A stretch of 12,678 nt of DNA from assembly GCA_027001995.1 (NCBI GenBank), contig JALTLO010000076.1, forward strand, positions 9,846 to 22,523, given 5' to 3'. Source of the DNA: Planctomycetota bacterium. Its GTDB lineage: Bacteria; Planctomycetota; GCA-002687715; DRQF01. The notes beneath the pieces are model-generated. The model had not been told where the DNA came from. It made no database searches and was given only the letters and a program-made list of their open reading frames with translations. This document shows, piece by piece, positions 7,283 through 12,678 of this stretch (position 1 is the first letter of the stretch; each line of letters opens with the position of its first letter). The translations under genes and the position numbers were made by a program.

Positions 7283-10200
7283 CTACCAAGTCACATGAAC
7301 AATCTTCTTGCCGCTGACGTTGGCAAACTTCACAAACAAGTCCGAACCAATGATCATGTAGCTGGTTGTGGTTGCTGCCCACAGGTTGATCAACGATGTT
7401 TCTTGGACGGCATTGGAAATAGTCAGGGTTCCCAGATTGGCCAAGCCGGTCATCTTCAAGCGCATCGCGTCTCCCAACTCCACATCATCAAAGGTGATCT
7501 CCACGCCATTGAACCCCGTGGGAGAAACCCACGAAAGCACATAGAAGGAGTTGGCATCGACAATCACTGGAAATTGTTTCTCCCGAGGAGTCTGAAAACA
7601 GTTCAAGTAAGCGATGCCTGAACCAGGGTCCGTACCCTCAGCACTCCTCCGAAACCAAACTGTGGGCAGGTTACCCACATCCAAACCGTCATGGGAGACG
7701 CGAAGATGGCCATAACGATGAGTGGTCAAAAGGGCGTTGCTCGTGGAGGGAACGCCGGCAGGTGTGATATCGGCACTGGGATCAACCATGAGAGGGTGAT
7801 TGCCAATCAAGGTGCTTCCTGGAACTCCCCAAATGGATCCATCCAAATCGCGAAGAGCAACACCCCAAAAATTGGGCGCGGCCAAGTGACGAGGTTCATC
7901 ACAGTAGGCAGGAAAACTGCCAAATGGCAAACCTGTTAGAGGATCTACATGAGCAGCAAAGTCCGGAAAATTCATTTTGGGCAAAGAGCCATGGTTATTA
8001 GTGATTCCAATGAATCGATGATTCGGGTGCAAAACAGCCGCGCCGGCAGACTGAATCAACCAACGAGATGGCTGATCAAAGTCAACGAAGTGGCAATCTT
8101 GGATTCGAGCTGGTCCATCGTAGACCGTATAACCACGTTGCCCACCAGCCAGGGGTCCGACATTTCCCGTACCCGCGATTGCTATGGAGTTGAGTACCGT
8201 GTGATAGGCGGCAATACGAATGTTCTCGTTGTTGTCAGCGAGGACGAATCGCGAGAAAGAAATATCTTCGTCGCTGGCACCAGCATACAATCCCATGTCA
8301 CAAGCATAAGCAACAAAGTTACTCAGCACCGCAGAACCGCTACGAGGCCGCCACCCTCGATTGATAATGATACGATCATTGGATGGATTGATAGTGTCAT
8401 TGATGTCGAAAGCTGATCCACAACTATGGGCTAAATTCCCGGAAAAGACCCCCAGGTCATTCTCAATTGGTTTCCGGCTCGCCAAGATCGGGTTGTCGGC
8501 TGAGAATCCCAAGACTGCTTCAGGAAAAATAAACCAAAACCCTGTCCCTTCTGTCCCAGCGGCGACGTTGTCCCGAATAATGTTATTTGGGTTGGTGATC
8601 CAATAGCTTGCCGGCGTTCGGTTTTGAAGTTGTTCGAGCTCATTGTCACTGGGCAACATCTCTTTTCCGGGGGGCGGCTTGACCGTCGAAATAGCAAGAT
8701 TTCCAATGACACGATTGTTTTCTTCTGCCCCATCCTCCATGAAGATAGCATGCCCCACATTGTGATAGACGACATTGCGTTCGACACGAAGTGAATCTGT
8801 ACCGTGAATCGTGATGGCCCGATTGTAGGTATGATGGACACTCGAATCCCTTATGTATTGTCCCTTCGCCTGATCTGCCATGACGTGCCAATGCATGGGG
8901 TAGCGTCCAAGAACCTGCTCCTGTCCCATGCGAAAGAGTTCAACGTTGGACAAGAAAGCTTGGGGGTTGTACTGAGAACCGGGCGGGCTGTGACGCACCA
9001 TGATGTGGCCACCAAAATGAGATCGTTCGGACTTCAGGTCCCCCATAACCTTAATATTGTGGGTCAAGAGCCCGACTTCAGCTCTCTGATCGAGGCTCCA
9101 AGTTTGCCCTTGAGGAAAATTCGCCACAGGAGGACTGGTATATGTTTGCGGTGCACCACCGTAATGACGATTCACCACAGGACCCCGAGCCGCCACATCA
9201 AGGAAAACAGTCAACCGATTGGTACTCAAACTGCTCACGCGCAGAACTTCCGCATGATCTATGTAATTGGGTGTTCCAGTATCGACAGATCGTTGATGAT
9301 TTGATCCGGCGACAACAAATTCATCGCCAACCTGCCAATCTACCGGGGAAGCCAAAGTGATTTGGGTATCTCCAGGAATAACCGTCTGATTGAGCTTCGT
9401 CCATGAAACTCGTTGCTCCCCATGTAAATGAATCTTTCCCCCACACTTTGCCACCAAGAACTTGTTGCCAACGCCGAAGAAATTCTCATCTTGAATTGAC
9501 GCCGTCAAAATGAGGGTAAATTGATTGCGATGGGGCATTTTTGGTCGGCCAACTTGAAGACGACCAGATTCCCCTGTGACCAGAACCCACCCAGCGCTGA
9601 GCTCAACATCGCGATCTGTAGCATGGAGTTCTCCGTAGACCTGAACACCTCGGCACTCGTTTCCCAGTCCTTTGAGGGCGACAACGAAACGATGAGGAAT
9701 AATCACAAAATCCGTTGGCCGGGGAACAATGTTATTCTCCCAGGTCTTCGGATCATTCCACTCGCGAATTCTCTCGATGCGAATGTCATCCAGAAACGCC
9801 GTGTTGTCACCGCCATCTGGGTTCATGCCTTGAAAATAGACAATGAAGTCTTGAGGTACATCCATCGAGAATACTGGAGTGACATAGTCAGTGAATCTCT
9901 CGCTGCGGAAATCCAAAATATCGATGATCTTGGCACCCACACGAACTTGCACCACTTGATGGTCGAGCCCAGAATGCCTCATACGTTGGGCACCGCGGAC
10001 ATGGATACGAAATGACCCCGGCGAAAAAAGGTAGTCGGCTTCCATGGTGGACGTCCCCTGAATGAACCCGACGTGAGTCCCTTCAGGAGATCTTGGGTTC
10101 AAAGAGGTGAATGGAGACCCGTTGACAGCTATCCCGCAGGATCCCGTCATACGCCAGCCATTCCACTCATTGAATGGAGGCAAGGGAACCCCCAGGCGCG

Positions 10201-10453
10201 AAAAGCCCCCAGCCGCCATTGTGATCGTCGCGTCTTCGAACCCGGAACTCAGTGCATCGGGAAACTTCTGTCTCTTGTGGGGTGCTCGGGCTTTCGCCGC
10301 CTCAAGGATGGGAGAATCCATCACCTGGCCCCTTAAGTGCCCCGTCAAGAACACGAAAAGCGCACCGTAGAAAAGACCGCACCGCGCTCCGAACAAGAGC
10401 GAACTTTCAAGTTGCCCACCAGAAAAAATTCTTCGCCTAAGATGCTTATTCAT
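7283..10453 (-). CDS. Secreted G8-domain / right-handed beta-helix protein, CEMIP/TMEM2/fibrocystin-like, with an N-terminal beta-sandwich domain (~1056 aa)
   Basis: WNDPKTW...VP...VIIP...GRLQVG...GGKIHLHG (G8 domain); SWTKL...PVDWQVGDEFVVA; RAEVGLLTHNIKVMG; FGGHIM; VELFRMGQEQVLGRYPMHWH; NRAITIHGT; GHAIFMEDGAEENN; YWITNPNN...NVAAG...GFWF; YDGP. Strong SD GGAGGT 7 nt before ATG 10453 supports this start over 10495. Confidence 0.88.
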   Translation of the reverse strand: MNKHLRRRIFSGGQLESSLLFGARCGLFYGALFVFLTGHLRGQVMDSPILEAAKARAPHKRQKFPDALSSGFEDATITMAAGGFSRLGVPLPPFNEWNGWRMTGSCGIAVNGSPFTSLNPRSPEGTHVGFIQGTSTMEADYLFSPGSFRIHVRGAQRMRHSGLDHQVVQVRVGAKIIDILDFRSERFTDYVTPVFSMDVPQDFIVYFQGMNPDGGDNTAFLDDIRIERIREWNDPKTWENNIVPRPTDFVIIPHRFVVALKGLGNECRGVQVYGELHATDRDVELSAGWVLVTGESGRLQVGRPKMPHRNQFTLILTASIQDENFFGVGNKFLVAKCGGKIHLHGEQRVSWTKLNQTVIPGDTQITLASPVDWQVGDEFVVAGSNHQRSVDTGTPNYIDHAEVLRVSSLSTNRLTVFLDVAARGPVVNRHYGGAPQTYTSPPVANFPQGQTWSLDQRAEVGLLTHNIKVMGDLKSERSHFGGHIMVRHSPPGSQYNPQAFLSNVELFRMGQEQVLGRYPMHWHVMADQAKGQYIRDSSVHHTYNRAITIHGTDSLRVERNVVYHNVGHAIFMEDGAEENNRVIGNLAISTVKPPPGKEMLPSDNELEQLQNRTPASYWITNPNNIIRDNVAAGTEGTGFWFIFPEAVLGFSADNPILASRKPIENDLGVFSGNLAHSCGSAFDINDTINPSNDRIIINRGWRPRSGSAVLSNFVAYACDMGLYAGASDEDISFSRFVLADNNENIRIAAYHTVLNSIAIAGTGNVGPLAGGQRGYTVYDGPARIQDCHFVDFDQPSRWLIQSAGAAVLHPNHRFIGITNNHGSLPKMNFPDFAAHVDPLTGLPFGSFPAYCDEPRHLAAPNFWGVALRDLDGSIWGVPGSTLIGNHPLMVDPSADITPAGVPSTSNALLTTHRYGHLRVSHDGLDVGNLPTVWFRRSAEGTDPGSGIAYLNCFQTPREKQFPVIVDANSFYVLSWVSPTGFNGVEITFDDVELGDAMRLKMTGLANLGTLTISNAVQETSLINLWAATTTSYMIIGSDLFVKFANVSGKKIVHVTW

Positions 10454-10687
10454 CAATTTCACCTCCCTCGGACAAGACTCACAGGGCAGATTCATGTCAT
10501 GGCACCAACCAAGGAACGCGCCAACCGTTCCTCTGCTAAACTGTGAGACTGGTTTTCCAGGCCAAAGTTAGCAAAGCCGCGCCGATCCCCAGCAAACATT
10601 TCATTTTGCTCTGCTTCTCAGCCCAAGAAGACCAAACCGATTCGCCATTTAAGACGGATAGGCCCTACAGACTCAGATACCTGTCGT

Positions 10688-11392
10688 TTACCAGCCCCGC
10701 TGGTCCTCAGGAATCGAATCCCAAGTGATTCCCAGTCGACGGATGGGGCGAAGATAAATCGGGAGTTCCTTCCCACGAAGTGATTCTGGAAGCCCATTGA
10801 CTCCGAACACACGGTCCCAGCAACGTTCGAAACAATGACCAGCATCGGGGAATGAATGGGTCAGCTCAAGGGCACGCTCATAGAATTGGCGCGGCTGTCT
10901 ACGAATCTGGTCTGCCGAAACAATGAACTGAGCCCCAGGATAGAAGACAAATCGTTCAGCTGCTTCCTCAGCCCACAATGCTTGGCAAAAGCCTTGCAGG
11001 TCCAAGAGCCTCCCGTCCTCATTCTTGCTCCAGGAACGAAATAGCCGCTTTCCCAAGGCGTCGTCGAAATCCACGACAAACCCAAGCCAGCGAAACACCC
11101 CCCCATCTTCCTCCCCAAGCGCTAACCTCTTGAGTCTCCGATGAAGATCCGGCACGTGATCAAACGGACGACCTTGGACGAACACCGTCTTCGTCGCCAA
11201 AGAATCATAGCGGGTGATGATGTGATGAAGATAAGTATTGGCTTCATAACCGACATTCGCCAAGGGTATACCGCCACGCCAATCTCCGCCTTTGTCATAG
11301 ACTGTCTGGGAATATTGGGGCGGAACTCGTCGCAACCACTTCAAGTCTTCCCGATATCGGGCGACCACAAGCTCGAGTTGTTCCATATCCAC
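10688..11392 (-). CDS. DUF3431 domain protein (putative glycosyltransferase-like, function unknown)
   Basis: LELVVARYREDLKWL, VYDKG, LANVGYEANTYLHHIITRYDSLA..TVFVQGRPFDH, GAQFIVSADQIRRQPRQFY, GHCFERCW match the DUF3431 pattern as recalled. Start is GTG 11392 or ATG 11386. Confidence 0.82.
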   Translation of the reverse strand: MDMEQLELVVARYREDLKWLRRVPPQYSQTVYDKGGDWRGGIPLANVGYEANTYLHHIITRYDSLATKTVFVQGRPFDHVPDLHRRLKRLALGEEDGGVFRWLGFVVDFDDALGKRLFRSWSKNEDGRLLDLQGFCQALWAEEAAERFVFYPGAQFIVSADQIRRQPRQFYERALELTHSFPDAGHCFERCWDRVFGVNGLPESLRGKELPIYLRPIRRLGITWDSIPEDQRGW

Positions 11393-11458
11393 ATCCGAAT
11401 CAAAAGCAAATTGGTCTCATGGCATAACGTCCAAGCAAAAAGGACGTCTCCTCCCCTC

Positions 11459-11488
11459 ATCATAACCGGATTCGAACTGCGCTCACAA
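11459..11488 (-). promoter_or_regulatory. Possible sigma70 promoter for the DUF3431 gene
   Basis: Minus strand TTGTGA (11488-11483), 18-nt spacer, TATGAT (11464-11459), about 66 nt upstream of the start. Confidence 0.25.
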
Positions 11489-11798
11489 TCTCGACAGAGA
11501 CATCGAATGGGAATCATCGCGAAAACTCACTCATTCCACGCTGAGGAAACACCTTCAAAACTGTAAGTCACCTCTCCTCTATCGCCAATCCTCACTCTCC
11601 ATCTCGCCGACTCTCTCGATCATGTCAAGATGAGATTCACGATGTGGGAATTTCGCCTTTTCTAAAAATCGAATCGAGCCGAAATATTCATACGACTCTG
11701 TGCCACTGGGTTGCAGGGGCCACCATCCGAATCTCAAGTGATAATTACCCAGGTGGACAAGACCTTATTTTCTCCCGTAAAAGCGCCTTGACCAGAAT

Positions 11799-12678
11799 AT
11801 GAACGCCAACGATGAAGTCTATCACCCAGAACTGCTAAGAGACCCCATCTTGTTGGGCCTCCCGGTAATCGAAGGATACAGAGTCCTGGATCCTGTTATC
11901 GTGGAAGAGAAGATCGGTGAAGGCGGGATGGGATCAGTCTATCGTGGCACTCACTTGTCATTGGAAATCCCAGTCGCCATCAAGTGTTTGCGCCAAGAGT
12001 TAGCCAACCAAAACAATGACTTCATCGCTCGTTTCAAACGTGAAGCCAAAATAGCCGCAAGCATCAACAGCCCTCATCTCATTCGCGTGTTCGACGTCAA
12101 TCATTGCCGCGATTTACACTACTTGATCATGGAGTTTGTGTCTGGCGAGTCTGCCCGAGAGAGAGTCGAACGAAACGGCCGCCTCCCCCTCAACGAAGCC
12201 CTTGTCCTAGTAGCATGCGCTGCCCGTGGCTTGGCCATTGCCCACGCTGGAGGCATCGTCCACCGAGACATCAAACCAGACAACATCATGATCTCGAATG
12301 CAGGTGAAGTCAAAGTCGCCGACTTAGGGTTGGCTCGATCTGGAGATGACACGGACAGCTGCCAAACACGAACCGGCATGATCATGGGAACCCCCAAATA
12401 CATGCCCCCGGAACAATATGCCGATGCCCATAGTGTTGGCCCCCAGGGTGATGTCTATTCTTTGGCGGCGACACTCTACTTTCTTCTTGCCGGTCGAGAC
12501 GCCATTGATTCTGGATCACTCGTCCAAGTGATGAACAAAGTCTGCAACGAAGAATTTCCCGATATCCGCAAATTGCGGGCAGACGTTCCCCAAGACGTGA
12601 GTCGTTTCATTGCCAAGGCTACCGCAAGAGACCTCAATCAGCGGATTCAATCCATGGTCGCTTTTGAAAAAGAGATTT
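11799..12678 (+). CDS. Hanks-type (PknB-like) serine/threonine protein kinase, 3'-truncated by window edge
   Basis: Manual translation from ATG 11799 (in-frame TAA upstream at 11778-11780): MNANDEVYHPELL...KIGEGGMGSVYRG...VAIKCL...RFKREA...YLIMEFVSG...IVHRDIKPDNIM...VKVADLGLAR...GTPKYMPPEQ...DVYSLAATLYFLLAG...R. No stop before the window end. Confidence 0.96.
   Translation, partial: MNANDEVYHPELLRDPILLGLPVIEGYRVLDPVIVEEKIGEGGMGSVYRGTHLSLEIPVAIKCLRQELANQNNDFIARFKREAKIAASINSPHLIRVFDVNHCRDLHYLIMEFVSGESARERVERNGRLPLNEALVLVACAARGLAIAHAGGIVHRDIKPDNIMISNAGEVKVADLGLARSGDDTDSCQTRTGMIMGTPKYMPPEQYADAHSVGPQGDVYSLAATLYFLLAGRDAIDSGSLVQVMNKVCNEEFPDIRKLRADVPQDVSRFIAKATARDLNQRIQSMVAFEKEI

Noticed and set aside
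11468..11477. GTTCGAATCC on the minus strand, resembling a tRNA T-loop
   Set aside because: The flanks do not form a T-stem, and no acceptor stem or cloverleaf is present.
11623..11628. Perfect TTGACA on the minus strand
   Set aside because: No -10-like hexamer 16-18 nt downstream.
12104..12403. ORF-track entries 12104..12307 (+) and 12119..12403 (-)
   Set aside because: Off-frame or antisense shadows of the kinase gene.
1..12678. CRISPR array, IS/transposase, integrase, rRNA or defence-system genes
   Set aside because: No regularly spaced repeats, terminal inverted repeats or matching protein motifs were seen by eye.

Overview
Bacterial chromosomal window, roughly mid-GC by eye; protein styles tentatively suggest Planctomycetota. 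On the + strand: the end of a biotin operon (3' bioA, bioD, bioF), then an AlgI/PatA/DltB-type MBOAT O-acyltransferase ending in the FIYFQF tyrosine-shuttle motif, overlapping an SGNH-type partner gene. Four minus-strand genes converge on these: a DUF3431 protein, a ~1056-aa secreted G8-domain/beta-helix protein resembling animal CEMIP/TMEM2, a secreted PQQ-type glucose/sorbosone dehydrogenase fused to Ig-like and C-terminal domains, and an SRPBCC protein. A Hanks-type Ser/Thr kinase missing from the ORF track starts at 11799 and runs off the right edge. No rRNA, tRNA, CRISPR array or mobile element was seen. The most notable items are the CEMIP-like protein, the dual-coded MBOAT/SGNH junction, and a palindrome-rich leader upstream of the dehydrogenase.
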